DNA of 39,012 nucleotides from Synechococcus sp. Lineage in GTDB: Bacteria; Cyanobacteriota; Cyanobacteriia; Thermostichales; PCC-7336. A program made the translations under genes and the position numbers. Where the stretch lies: positions 1 through 39,012 of the forward strand of contig JBFRWN010000061.1 in NCBI GenBank assembly GCA_051439605.1, written 5' to 3'. The notes under the pieces were generated by a model. It was not told where the DNA came from, made no database searches, and saw only the letters and a list, made by a program, of their open reading frames with translations. Within the stretch, counting starts at the first letter, position 1. Every line of letters starts with the position of its first letter. This document shows positions 9,639 through 19,596 of this stretch, piece by piece.

Positions 9639-9929
9639 ATGAACCTGATAGATTTTCTAGAACAGTTGCTCTCTCGAAATAGCAAAACCACCAGCAGCGA
9701 GCGGGCCCGAGATCGACTCAAATTCGTTCTGGCCTACGATCGTGCCCAGCTGAGCCCGGCCATGCTGGAGTCCATGTGCGAAGAGATCATGGACGTGCTG
9801 TCTAAATACGTTGAACTGGACCGTGAAGGGTTCGAATTTGACTTGTCTAGCGAAGATGGGGCCACCGCCTTAATTGCGAATTTTCCCATTCGACGCGTGC
9901 ATACACCCGTACCTGCTCCCGTTGAATAG
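9639..9929 (+). CDS. minE: Cell division topological specificity factor MinE
   Basis: ARDRLKFVLAYDR and ALIANFPIRRV; follows minD. Confidence 0.93.
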   Translation: MNLIDFLEQLLSRNSKTTSSERARDRLKFVLAYDRAQLSPAMLESMCEEIMDVLSKYVELDREGFEFDLSSEDGATALIANFPIRRVHTPVPAPVE

Positions 9930-10066
9930 CCCTCGACTCCATCCAAATATCTGCACTATTATCATTCCCCCCACAGTGCGCATCCGTCGGTATATCCAGC
10001 CGGCGGTTGCTCCGTTATTCTTAGAAGGCCACAATGGGTGTATCAGGCACGGACCCCCATCTACTT

Positions 10067-10714
10067 ATGCTGTCCTCATTCCGCGATCGCCATCCCCTCG
10101 GTAGCGTTGTGACAGAGCTCCTGCGGGTTGAGGAGGGCCTCTATGTTGTGAAGGCCCAAATTGTCGTGGGAGGAGTCCCACTGGGTTCTGGAATGGCTGC
10201 CTCCACCACCGTCGAGGAAGCCGAAGACGCTGCTATTCATCGAGCATTACGTATTGCTGGCGTCGATGATTCCCTTCATCTCGCCTCGCTCGGCGGTGGC
10301 CCCGCTAGTGTCTCATCGCCAGTGCTGACATCCCAAGCTGTTAGTGGCATCGGTTTTAGCGGTAGTAGTCGCCTTGACAGCAGTAGCAACGGCAGTAACG
10401 GTGACAGCAGCTTCAGTTCTGTCGATGAATGGGCAACTCCGCCACCGGTTCCCGAACCCAGCAAACCCATCCGCAAGTCAACACCTCCTGCAACACCAGA
10501 ACCAGCACCAGACATCGAGGACTTATCCGAACTCATTGCCAAAACAGATGTGGAACTTACCCGCATCGGCTGGGGGCCCAAAGAGGGTCGGCGCTTCCTC
10601 AAGGAGCGATTCCAAAAACAGTCTCGCCAGCAACTGGACGAATCAGAGCTGAGAGAATTCCTGCAAGAACTCAAAAAGCAACCCACCAAGATGCTGGAGG
10701 CCGCAGAATTTTAG
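10067..10714 (+). CDS. Conserved cyanobacterial hypothetical protein
   Basis: N-terminal FRDRHPLGSVVTEL...AEDAAIHRAL and C-terminal DLSELIAKTDVELTRIGW...ELREFL domains separated by a Ser/Pro-rich linker. Start at ATG 10067 (alternative 10034). Confidence 0.8.
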   Translation: MLSSFRDRHPLGSVVTELLRVEEGLYVVKAQIVVGGVPLGSGMAASTTVEEAEDAAIHRALRIAGVDDSLHLASLGGGPASVSSPVLTSQAVSGIGFSGSSRLDSSSNGSNGDSSFSSVDEWATPPPVPEPSKPIRKSTPPATPEPAPDIEDLSELIAKTDVELTRIGWGPKEGRRFLKERFQKQSRQQLDESELREFLQELKKQPTKMLEAAEF

Positions 10715-10802
10715 CGGGTTCCAGATGACGTTTGACTGGGAACTCAGTCTCATACAACCGCAGTCCGAAACTGGGCCATACCACTAATCGCTATTCACGC
10801 CC

Positions 10803-10837
10803 AAAAAAATTGGCCAAAAACTGATTGTCTTGGCCAA
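10803..10837 (-). terminator. Rho-independent terminator
   Basis: Minus strand TTGGCCAAGA-loop-TTTTGGCCAA followed by a T-tract, downstream of the CobA-like gene. Confidence 0.6.
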
Positions 10838-10887
10838 CAAACCCAATTCAAAATCTTAAAAAATGCCGAACAATCTTTCCCGGTGAC

Positions 10888-11415
10888 TTAAGCAATGCTT
10901 TTGAGATGAGTAATTTGTTCTGACATTTCGAGTAACGATTCGGGCATTTCTGGTCCCGTTATAGAGACGTCCATCGAAGGGGGGCGATTTTGCAGCACTG
11001 AGAGGGCGTCATCCTCTGCAATCAGGCCTAATTTAAGAGCTAATCCCAGCTCATCTAACACCACCAAGCCGTACTCACCGGACTGAATTGCATCCTTTGT
11101 AAACTGCCACAACTCATCTAAAGCCACTTGTTCTTCGGGCTCTAGATGCGGTGTATCGATACAGCGCTCAATCCCGCACCGCACCCATTTCAGGTGACTA
11201 CCGAGCAAAATTCCGTTGTCTGCCCCCTGATTGATCCCCCCCTTCAAGAGCTGCACGACTAAAACAGAGGTGCCTTGCCCTGCCACGCGCATCGCTTGGG
11301 CAATTACGGTACTGAAAAAACTGCGGTGGGGGTTGATATAGAGGTGAACGGCCCCTTTGACCAAGTAGCTCACTGAAGCGTTGGTGGGGGAAGCAATTTC
11401 GAGCTGTGAAACCAT
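10888..11415 (-). CDS. CobA/BtuR (cobalamin adenosyltransferase)-like protein with degenerate P-loop
   Basis: AMRVAGQGTSVLVVQLLKGG, YGLVVLDEL and DVSITG...QIT; no GxGKGKTT. ATG at 11415. Confidence 0.8.
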   Translation of the reverse strand: MVSQLEIASPTNASVSYLVKGAVHLYINPHRSFFSTVIAQAMRVAGQGTSVLVVQLLKGGINQGADNGILLGSHLKWVRCGIERCIDTPHLEPEEQVALDELWQFTKDAIQSGEYGLVVLDELGLALKLGLIAEDDALSVLQNRPPSMDVSITGPEMPESLLEMSEQITHLKSIA

Positions 11416-11832
11416 GGGTGAGCCTTGCACGGGTAGTGGTCTTCGGCTGGGATGTATCTACTAAAACACCATAGATGCAGTTCCGTCAATTTTGGGGCTA
11501 GGGATGCCGAAACCCTTTTGCTCAATGGTACGCCCACGTCTTCAGTTGGGATTCCCTGTTACAAAAAGATAGGAATTTTGCGATCGCTAATCCAAGCCTC
11601 AAACATTTTTTGCGCAGCTGCAAGCTAACTTTATTTTACCTTCTAAATCATTGAGTTTTTCTTATGGCACATTGAGCGATCGTCGTCTCAGTCATCTCCG
11701 TACGTTCACCCTGCACCTGGCCCACAAGCTGAGAAATCTGCGGATGTCATCCCGAAGGAAGTTTGGCATGCTTTTTCTTAAACGCTAGTTCAAGCAACCC
11801 CGCTTGTTCACCTCCCCGACGAAATTCCTTCC

Positions 11833-13005
11833 TTGCCAGTACCTAACTTGTCCAAACCTTTCACTACTGCCCCCATCAGCATTAGCCCCCGCCCACAGCC
11901 CAGCGATCGCTCCTACTGGCTGGCTTGGTCCAGCATTGATGGCATTGGCCCGAGCCGTCTCAAACAGCTTTTTCTGCAGTTCGGTTCCCTCCGAGCAGCT
12001 TGGGAGAGCACTGCCGCTGACTTGCTCCAAGTGGAGGGCATTGGCTTGGTGCTGGCGGATGCGATTGCCGGGCAGCGAGATCCTCTTGAGGTTGCGAACG
12101 TTGCCGAACAAATGACCGCCGGTCTCTCGCAGGCTATCGATGTCATCACTCCAGCGGACAGTCACTATCCGTCGATGCTGTGGGAAATTCCGGACCCGCC
12201 TCCGTTGCTTTATGTCACTGGAACCCAGCGGGCGTGGTCACCTGCCATTGCCATGGTGGGAACGCGATCGCCCAGCAGTTACGGGCGTAGATGGGCCACG
12301 AAAATTGGTCGGGGTCTAGCAGAAGTAGGATACACCATCGTTTCAGGTTTAGCGCTGGGGATCGATGCCTTGGCCCACCAAGCGGCGATCGATGTGGGTA
12401 GTCCTACCATTGCAGTGCTGGGCACGGGAGTGGATGTGGTGTATCCCCCAAAAAACGAACTGCTGGCGGCCCAAATACGCCAGGGTGGAATGCTCGTCAG
12501 CGAGTACCCCTGTGGAACAGGTCCCGAGCGAGGTCACTTCCCACGACGGAATCGGATAGTGGCGGCTCTATCGCAAGCCACACTGATTCTGGAAGCTCCC
12601 AGCCGCTCCGGAGCATTGATTACCGCTCGCTTAGCCAATGATTACAACCGCGATGTATATGCATTGCCGGGGTCCCTGGAGACCCCTCAAGCAAGGGGCT
12701 GCCTAGAACTGATCGATCGCGGCGCCACCCAAATTCTAGGTATCTCGGAATTACTGCAGTCTCTGGATTCCTCCATCACCTGTACGCCAGCTGACACGTC
12801 TCCCATTCGCAAACCTTCCTCGCAGCCCCCCGAACTTAGTCCGACAGAACTCTGCATTTGGCAGGCATTGGAAGAGTCGCTTCCGTTTGATTTGTTGGCA
12901 AACAGAACCGGACTCGATGCCAGCACCCTCTCCAGTACGTTACTGATGATGGAATTAGGGGGAACGGTCGAGCAATTGCCGGGGATGCGGTATTGTCGAC
13001 GCTAG
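11833..13005 (+). CDS. dprA: DNA-processing protein DprA
   Basis: IPDPPPLLY, AMVGTRSPSSYG, SGLALGIDALAH, FPRRNRIVAALS, SGALITA and a C-terminal winged-helix-like segment. Confidence 0.95.
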   Translation: MPVPNLSKPFTTAPISISPRPQPSDRSYWLAWSSIDGIGPSRLKQLFLQFGSLRAAWESTAADLLQVEGIGLVLADAIAGQRDPLEVANVAEQMTAGLSQAIDVITPADSHYPSMLWEIPDPPPLLYVTGTQRAWSPAIAMVGTRSPSSYGRRWATKIGRGLAEVGYTIVSGLALGIDALAHQAAIDVGSPTIAVLGTGVDVVYPPKNELLAAQIRQGGMLVSEYPCGTGPERGHFPRRNRIVAALSQATLILEAPSRSGALITARLANDYNRDVYALPGSLETPQARGCLELIDRGATQILGISELLQSLDSSITCTPADTSPIRKPSSQPPELSPTELCIWQALEESLPFDLLANRTGLDASTLSSTLLMMELGGTVEQLPGMRYCRR

Positions 13006-13270
13006 AATTGATGCAGTGGCTTTGGTAGAGATGCAGCCAGAGAAAAAGGATGGGTTGGCGCTCTAGATGTGCACGTTTTCCGTCCGTCCAGCCCTTTCAT
13101 ACTTCATACTGCAGCTCATCAAACCTACGATTCCATCAATCCCGTTCAGACAGCCCGATCGAATGCTAACCCTGAACGAACAATCGCCTGAATCACTGCG
13201 TGATAGGCTGATGGGCATTGTGCCGGTAACCGGCGAACGCGTGCAGACTGCCAAGAAATAGGAGAACAGC

Positions 13271-13468
13271 ATGAGTATCTTCGGAATGGGCATTCCTGAA
13301 CTCGCCGTGATTGGCGTGATTGCCGTAGTCGTATTTGGCCCCAAAAAGCTACCCGAACTCGGGAGTTCCATGGGAAAGGCCATTCGGGGATTTAAGGATG
13401 AGATGAATAGCGAAAGCAGCAGCGATTCCTCCGAATCCACCAAGGTCGAGGTGACTGAGGCTGACTAG
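13271..13468 (+). CDS. tatA: Twin-arginine translocase TatA/E subunit
   Basis: FGMGIPELAVI...VFGPKKLPELGSSMGKAIRGFK; AGGAG ribosome-binding site upstream. Confidence 0.93.
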   Translation: MSIFGMGIPELAVIGVIAVVVFGPKKLPELGSSMGKAIRGFKDEMNSESSSDSSESTKVEVTEAD

Positions 13469-13515
13469 CGCGCGATCTCTCAACCGCCCAGCGTGGAGCG
13501 AACGAGTATCCATAC

Positions 13516-13571
13516 CAACAAACCGCCTGCAGAATTCCCTAGAGGATTGACAGGCGGTTCGTTGTTTTTTT
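13516..13571. terminator. Intrinsic terminator between convergent tatA and psaM-like gene
   Basis: AACCGCCTG...CAGGCGGTT stem followed by GTTGTTTTTTT. Confidence 0.7.
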
Positions 13572-13600
13572 GCGTAAGTCTGGAGACTGAGGCAGAAAGC

Positions 13601-13699
13601 CTACCCTTCAGCCAAAGAGCTACCCAACAACATTGCAAACGTAGCGGGAATGAGGGCATGTAAGAGGATGAAAAAGATCTGACCTTCGCTTAAGGGCAT
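13601..13699 (-). CDS. psaM: Photosystem I subunit XII (PsaM)-like, 32 aa
   Basis: Manual translation MPLSEGQIFFILLHALIPATFAMLLGSSLAEG fits the PsaM pattern (M.LS..Q....L..ALIP...A..L...L). GAGG ribosome-binding site upstream and terminator downstream. Below the ORF-track size cutoff. Confidence 0.75.
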   Translation of the reverse strand: MPLSEGQIFFILLHALIPATFAMLLGSSLAEG

Positions 13700-13981
13700 A
13701 ACGAACCTCAATGTTTTGTTAAAAACACCCGCACTATACCGTAGGTTTCAAGCTCGAACGCGGGTGAGGGCCCACATTGCTAGAGAACTTTACATCGTAG
13801 GGACAACTCAGTTTTTATAGAGTTGCTCACCAGCAAATGCCAGAACGCACTGTTTTCTCGCGATCGTCAAACCGCCAATGATTGAGAAATGAAGAGACTT
13901 TCAAGTCACTTGGAGCATGGCGTCTCAGTCGAGTGGATTGGATGCAGAACAGTATTAGGGGGAAGGGGCTACCCAATAGGG

Positions 13982-14713
13982 CTAAATAACTTGGTAGTTT
14001 GCGATGCGCGCAAAACTATCAGGCGTAAGACTGCCGCCCCCTACAAGTGCCCCATCGATTTGTGGCTGCGCCATAATTTCGTCTACGTTGGTAGGCTTCA
14101 CAGACCCTCCGTATTGGATGGGCACATCTTTGTTAGAGAGTTTGCTGCGAATCAGCCCGATGATGCGGTTAGCCTCACCAGAATCGCAGGTATCGCCCGT
14201 TCCGATCGCCCAAATAGGTTCGTAAGCAATGATGAGATTGTTTTGATCGACACCCACCAAGTCCTCTTCCAGCTGGCGAAAGATCCAAGCCTCAGTATCG
14301 CCAGCATCGCGGGTAGCCTTACTTTCACCCACACACAAAATTGGTGTTATCCCAGCCTTTTGAGCGGCTAGGAGTCGCTTGTTTACTGTTGCGTCTGTTT
14401 CACCGAAATACTCCCGTCGTTCGCTATGGCCAATCACAACGAACTGAATCCCCATTTCAGACAACATCGATGCTGAAATCTCTCCAGTAAACGCCCCTTT
14501 TTCTTCCCAATGAACGTTCTGAGCACTGATTTTCACCGGAGAATTTGCGGTGGCCTCTAGAGCAGTAGTCAGATCGGTGAAGGGAACGCACAACAGCACC
14601 TGGCGGGCAGGGTGAAGGTTCTCAATTTGAGGCAAAAAGCTGTCTAGGTAGGCGCGGGTTTCCGCTTGAGTCATGTGCATTTTCCAGTTTCCGGCAAGCA
14701 CAATCTGGCGCAA
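13982..14713 (-). CDS. tpiA: Triosephosphate isomerase
   Basis: [32 protein letters not shown] and YGGSV. TTG start at 14713 after AGGA. Confidence 0.97.
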   Translation of the reverse strand: MRQIVLAGNWKMHMTQAETRAYLDSFLPQIENLHPARQVLLCVPFTDLTTALEATANSPVKISAQNVHWEEKGAFTGEISASMLSEMGIQFVVIGHSERREYFGETDATVNKRLLAAQKAGITPILCVGESKATRDAGDTEAWIFRQLEEDLVGVDQNNLIIAYEPIWAIGTGDTCDSGEANRIIGLIRSKLSNKDVPIQYGGSVKPTNVDEIMAQPQIDGALVGGGSLTPDSFARIANYQVI

Positions 14714-14762
14714 CGTTCCTATCTCCCGATCCAAACACTTAAAAAACTCGCTGTGGGGCGAG

Positions 14763-15626
14763 TCACGACTTTTGAACACGAAATTTTTGTGTTAACCAGT
14801 CTACCAGGATATCCACCGCTCCCGTATCGATCGCCCAATGGGGTTGCAGCTGTTCGGCGAGCGATCGCCAGCAATCGGTACGGATTAACCAGCGATCTAG
14901 CCCCGGTAGCTCCCGGTAGGTCCAATCTGACGGTCCCTGCTGTCGGCGCTCCAATTCCGCAGCCAGTTGGCGAGAGCAGTAAACAGGACACACCCAGTCC
15001 ATGTCCCCATGCAGAACAAGTAGCGGACAGTCAATGTGAAAAATGGGTTTGAACATAAACAGCGGCGAGCGACTGGCATAGTCATCTACCAGGCGCTTTA
15101 GCAGAGCTGGGTGTTCCTCGGGTGGGGTAGCGGCCAGTGCTTCTTCTGTGGTTTGGCGGAAGGGAAACAGATCGGCCATTGCCCCGGTCGGGGTAGAAAT
15201 TAGAACCACGCCGTCCACCAAGTCAGGTTGTTGTTGGGTCAGAATGCCCGCCCAAGCTGCCGCCTCTCCCCAGCCCACCACCACCCAAGGTTTCGTAAAT
15301 TCGGGGAGTTGGCTAACGTAAGTCAGAACGGTGACGAAATCCTGCAATTCTTCTGCAGGACTCACGTAATCTCCCCCTGTAGCCCCGGTGCCCCGGCGAT
15401 CGAAGCGGAGGGACGCAAATCCTGCATCCCCTAGAGCTGTAGCCAGCTGGGCCAGTGGGGCAAAGCCTAAATCGCGATCGTTTCCGTCGCCATCGCTAAA
15501 ACCACTCCCCGGCAGGATAAGGAGAGAAGGCCCCTCTTGGGGTGGATCGGGCGTCGTCAATCGCGCCTGTAAAGAAACTCCTTCCGTATGGGGGAGTGGA
15601 ATGGACAGGGTAAAGGTGGCGCTCAT
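14763..15626 (-). CDS. Alpha/beta hydrolase-fold protein, probably catalytically inactive
   Basis: [20 protein letters not shown] and LVLHGDMD; nucleophile elbow reads GWGEA. Confidence 0.8.
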   Translation of the reverse strand: MSATFTLSIPLPHTEGVSLQARLTTPDPPQEGPSLLILPGSGFSDGDGNDRDLGFAPLAQLATALGDAGFASLRFDRRGTGATGGDYVSPAEELQDFVTVLTYVSQLPEFTKPWVVVGWGEAAAWAGILTQQQPDLVDGVVLISTPTGAMADLFPFRQTTEEALAATPPEEHPALLKRLVDDYASRSPLFMFKPIFHIDCPLLVLHGDMDWVCPVYCSRQLAAELERRQQGPSDWTYRELPGLDRWLIRTDCWRSLAEQLQPHWAIDTGAVDILVDWLTQKFRVQKS

Positions 15627-15907
15627 GATTGTGATGGATGAATCGTTCTGGATGGGCCGCTGGCAAGAATTTTAGTGCGAGGGCATGCCGATCTAAATCG
15701 TTTGCCCAATTGAATCTGGCGATCGCCTTCTTTCAAGTTGTTTGATTGCCAGCAGGTTGTGTCGGGAATATAGCTATTGTCCCTATGACCGACATGTCCA
15801 TGCACAGGAGCCAACGAATCATTGCAGTTCGTGGGAAGGCAATACTTAGGCAACCCGACGCGACTAGAATTATTGCGAACTGTACAAGTCTTACCCAGCA
15901 CAGATTT

Positions 15908-16948
15908 ATGACTGCTACGTCTCCAGCAACTAATATCTGGCCCCAGCTCCTGCAACAACTGCTCGATCGCCAGTCGTTATCCGAAACCCAAGCGGAACAG
16001 CTGATGAATGGTTGGCTGGCAGGAGAAGTACCGGATGTCACTTCTGGAGCGCTATTGGCCGCATTACAGGCAAAAGGAGTGACTGCCCCTGAACTGGCAG
16101 GAATGGCTCGAGTTTTGCAACGGGCATCGAAGGGGGAACCCCTAAACCTGCCCGTGTTGGTGGACACCTGCGGAACGGGGGGGGATGGAGCCGGAACGTT
16201 CAATATCTCGACAGCGGTGGCATTTGTGGTCAGTGCAGCTGGTATCCCTGTGGCCAAACACGGCAACCGTTCTGCCTCTAGCAAAGTGGGCTCTGCCGAT
16301 GTTTTAGAAGCTTTGGGGGTCAATTTGCAGGCGGATGGCGATCGCATTCGCTCGGCGGTGAACGAGGTGGGGATTACGTTCCTGTTCGCACCGGGCTGGC
16401 ACCCTGCTATGAAAGCAGTGGTCCCCTACCGCAAGACCCTGAAGGTGCGGACGGTTTTTAACCTGTTGGGGCCATTGGTCAATCCGCTGGGGCCGACGGG
16501 GCAGGTGGTGGGGGTCTACAGTCCTGAGTTGGTGGAGACTATCGCCGAGGCGTTTAAGCTGCTGGGATGCCAGCGGGCGATTTCCCTGCACGGTCGCGAG
16601 GGGTTAGACGAAGCGGGCTTGGGTGCTCCAACCGATATGGCCGTGTTGAAGAACGGTCAGGTGAAAACAGTCGTGCTTGAGCCTGCATCCCTGGGACTGA
16701 AAGCGGCAACCCTAGCCGATTTAAAAGGGGGAGAGGTGGCGGAAAACTCCGCCATCATGACAGCCGTATTGCAGGGGAGGGCCACCACCGCTCAAACGGA
16801 GGCTGTCGCATTGAATTCAGCTTTAGCGTTGTGGGTGGCAGGCAATGTGGACGAATGGGGAGCAGGTGTCACCAAAGCTAAAGATATTTTGGCCAGCGGA
16901 GCTGCTTGGGACAAATTAAACGCACTTGTGGCCTATCTCGAGGCATAA
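15908..16948 (+). CDS. trpD: Anthranilate phosphoribosyltransferase
   Basis: [36 protein letters not shown] and [13 protein letters not shown] at 15908. Confidence 0.97.
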   Translation: MTATSPATNIWPQLLQQLLDRQSLSETQAEQLMNGWLAGEVPDVTSGALLAALQAKGVTAPELAGMARVLQRASKGEPLNLPVLVDTCGTGGDGAGTFNISTAVAFVVSAAGIPVAKHGNRSASSKVGSADVLEALGVNLQADGDRIRSAVNEVGITFLFAPGWHPAMKAVVPYRKTLKVRTVFNLLGPLVNPLGPTGQVVGVYSPELVETIAEAFKLLGCQRAISLHGREGLDEAGLGAPTDMAVLKNGQVKTVVLEPASLGLKAATLADLKGGEVAENSAIMTAVLQGRATTAQTEAVALNSALALWVAGNVDEWGAGVTKAKDILASGAAWDKLNALVAYLEA

Positions 16949-17040
16949 AGATCGATAGGAACTGTTACGACGAGTCCCGTGACTACCGGCGGTCTTATGG
17001 GGAGGATAGTATCAATTGCTAACTGCGTGGGTGAACTCGC

Positions 17041-18144
17041 ATGTCTTATCCCTTTCCTTGTGGACCCAAACCTCCGCAAACAGCTATACCTGCCCTCCCT
17101 AGGAGGTCGTCAGGGCTAAGTTTTTACAGTCCGGTAGCGCTACCGAAAGGTTGCTCGATGTTTGCATCGAAATCGGCTGTGCCGGTTCTCACGACTTCAA
17201 GCGTCCCATTGGAAGTTCAGTCCCCCTTGGCTAGAGGTAGGTCACCTAAACCCCAAACCGCTGTCTCTTCTGTATCCTCGAGTGCGCAGGTCTATCGACC
17301 GAATGCAGTCTCTGCAGAGGGGGTCAAACCAGTAGGCGGTATCGTAGAAATGGCAATGTCTTTGCCACTCAGCCCGAAGCCTCCAGCGGCTGGAACTCCG
17401 GCTCTCCCTTGGAGATCGCTAGCTCCAACCTTTAACGCATCGATATCCCTGCCCACTGCAGGGTCAATGACAACCCGCCCATCCAGATTGGCTGCTAACA
17501 GTTCGCCATCTGGTCCTCCCATGGTCTTTGCCGGTGCTAAGGACGCATTGAGTTTCATCACAGGGACCGGTCTAGACCATCTAAAAGAATTTCCCCCCGA
17601 GATAGAAACTACCCCTGACATACAAATCGCCCCCGAGCCAAGCGCTTTAGAGATCGGTCCTGCCGAAGCCGGTGCCGAAGATATCGCTATCCCAATCCCG
17701 AGCAGCATTGACTCCACAGCATTCCTACAGGTATGGGAGACCGCAGATTCGCAGGCTGACGTATCAGCACCTGAGTCGCTTGAAGAAGTCCTGAAGGATA
17801 CTATCGCTACCGTGCCAGAGGAGTCATCGCCCGAACCGATTCCCCCTTTAAGCTCCCCCGTTCACAATAGAGCGACAGAAGCATCTGCCCCTGCAGCTGT
17901 GGATCCGCAAAAACCTGTCTCAGAAGAAGAGCCATCGAGTGAACCTGTTGCCTCATCAGAGGATAAGGAGTCCAGCTCCGTTCTGGAAATGGTCCTCAGT
18001 TTTCTGATCGCATTCTGCGTGCTGGCGGCTGTGCTCTACTTTGTTCTAGGGGTGGGAACCGTTCGCAGCCCACAACCAGCGAGGGAGCCAGTACCCAACG
18101 CGCCAGTACCTACCGAGCCTTTAGAACAAAAGGCCGCCCAGTAG
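17041..18144 (+). CDS. Hypothetical Pro/Ser/Glu-rich protein with one C-terminal transmembrane helix
   Basis: 367-aa ORF of low complexity; hydrophobic stretch MVLSFLIAFCVLAAVLYFVLGV. Start uncertain. Confidence 0.65.
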   Translation: MSYPFPCGPKPPQTAIPALPRRSSGLSFYSPVALPKGCSMFASKSAVPVLTTSSVPLEVQSPLARGRSPKPQTAVSSVSSSAQVYRPNAVSAEGVKPVGGIVEMAMSLPLSPKPPAAGTPALPWRSLAPTFNASISLPTAGSMTTRPSRLAANSSPSGPPMVFAGAKDALSFITGTGLDHLKEFPPEIETTPDIQIAPEPSALEIGPAEAGAEDIAIPIPSSIDSTAFLQVWETADSQADVSAPESLEEVLKDTIATVPEESSPEPIPPLSSPVHNRATEASAPAAVDPQKPVSEEEPSSEPVASSEDKESSSVLEMVLSFLIAFCVLAAVLYFVLGVGTVRSPQPAREPVPNAPVPTEPLEQKAAQ

Positions 18145-18206
18145 GCGACCCCTAAAAAACCTTAATTGTGGAGCTGTACAAAGCCAATCAGCAACTATTG
18201 CGTGGT

Positions 18207-19241
18207 TTAGATGCCTGCGTGGGCCATACCGAACGCCATCACCAACATTCCCAGGACGAGAAATGGTTGAGCGCTGGCTTGATACTTCACATCGTTTTCC
18301 ACTGGGTTGCGCAGGAAGTACATGTCCTGTAAGACGATCTGGGGAATGACCAGGAATACCAAGACAGTTGCCAACAGGTTTTCTCCGACATAGACCAAGA
18401 AACCTGCCATGCCCAACTGAAAAATATCGATGGTGCTGGCGGAAATCCAGGCGGCTTTTTCAACTCCAAAAACAACGGGGAGAGATTGCAGCCCCAACTC
18501 GCGATCGCCTTCAACGCTCTTAAAGTCATTGACCACAGCAATCCCCAAGCCAGCGATGCTGTAAATCAGGGTCAGCACGATCACGGTCGCATTCAATTCA
18601 CCAAACAAGGCGTGGCCGGCCCACCAAGGCAAGGCAATGTAGCTTGCCCCAAGGGCATAGTTCCCCAGCCAACCATTCTGCTTTAGCTTGATGGGGGGAG
18701 CGGAATAGATGTAGGCCACGAAAATACCGAAGGCGGCCAAAACAGCCATGATGGGGAAATCGTGACCCGCCCAAACATCTAAGCCAAACGCCACTCCCAG
18801 CCCGAGCAGGGCAAGAAGCAAAATTTGAGCCACCACTCGCTTGAGGGAAATGGCTCCGGAAGGAATGGGTCGGTAGGGTTCGTTAATGGCGTCGATCTCG
18901 CGATCGTAGTAGTCGTTAATGGTTTGGGTATAGCCCGTCAACAGCGGCCCCGACATGAACATGCATACCAGCGATTGGGCAAAGCAGTTCCACGTCCAGC
19001 TGTAGCCTCCCGAGGACGCTGCCCCGCAAATTACCCCCCACATAAGCGGAATCCAGGTGACGGGTTTCATCAACTGCAAGTGGAGCTGCCAGACGGAGCG
19101 CTCGCTGACATCTGCACCTTTCATGCCCAGCATTTGGCGGGCGCGGGATCCTTTGGTCTCGGTGACGTCGGGTTGAGTGGCTTCGGTTTCAGAGGCTGTA
19201 GGGATTTCTGATTGGGAGTCGGGAGCTACGGATTCAGACAT
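18207..19241 (-). CDS. chlG: Chlorophyll synthase
   Basis: LMKPVTWIPL, INDYYDREIDAINEPYRPIPSG, NDFKSVEGDR and NDVKYQASAQPF. Confidence 0.97.
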   Translation of the reverse strand: MSESVAPDSQSEIPTASETEATQPDVTETKGSRARQMLGMKGADVSERSVWQLHLQLMKPVTWIPLMWGVICGAASSGGYSWTWNCFAQSLVCMFMSGPLLTGYTQTINDYYDREIDAINEPYRPIPSGAISLKRVVAQILLLALLGLGVAFGLDVWAGHDFPIMAVLAAFGIFVAYIYSAPPIKLKQNGWLGNYALGASYIALPWWAGHALFGELNATVIVLTLIYSIAGLGIAVVNDFKSVEGDRELGLQSLPVVFGVEKAAWISASTIDIFQLGMAGFLVYVGENLLATVLVFLVIPQIVLQDMYFLRNPVENDVKYQASAQPFLVLGMLVMAFGMAHAGI

Positions 19242-19516
19242 AGATTTGGTAAGCGAAAGATTGGCGATGCCACGACTGGCAAAGTCACCTATCCATTCTG
19301 CAGGATATCGGCTCGTTCGAGTGGAGCGGGTTACCTGTTTGTGGATGGGAAACGGAGAAAGGAGTTTGAATCAAAAATTTTGTCATTCCACCGATTGCTC
19401 AAGTGCTGAACGAGATCCCGATGCAATCCGTGTTAGTACTCCGTCATGCTGGAGAGGGATGACCATATGCTTAACTGTCGAATTGACTTTTCTAAATTAC
19501 TCAAAGGCTTTAAGTA

Positions 19517-19596
19517 GTCCATAACGTTGGAGTTAGGGGGCATTTGTCCTCGTTCATATGTCTGCATTCGGCCAGAATACGGACACATAACTATGT
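19517..19596 (-). other. attC-like partial site (imperfect stem plus L'/R'-like 3' end)
   Basis: On the minus strand after the methyltransferase stop: hairpin TTATGTGTCCGTATTC-TGGCC-GAATGCAGACATATGA, then GCCCCCTAACTCCAACGTTATGG. No RYYYAAC R'' box. Confidence 0.35.
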
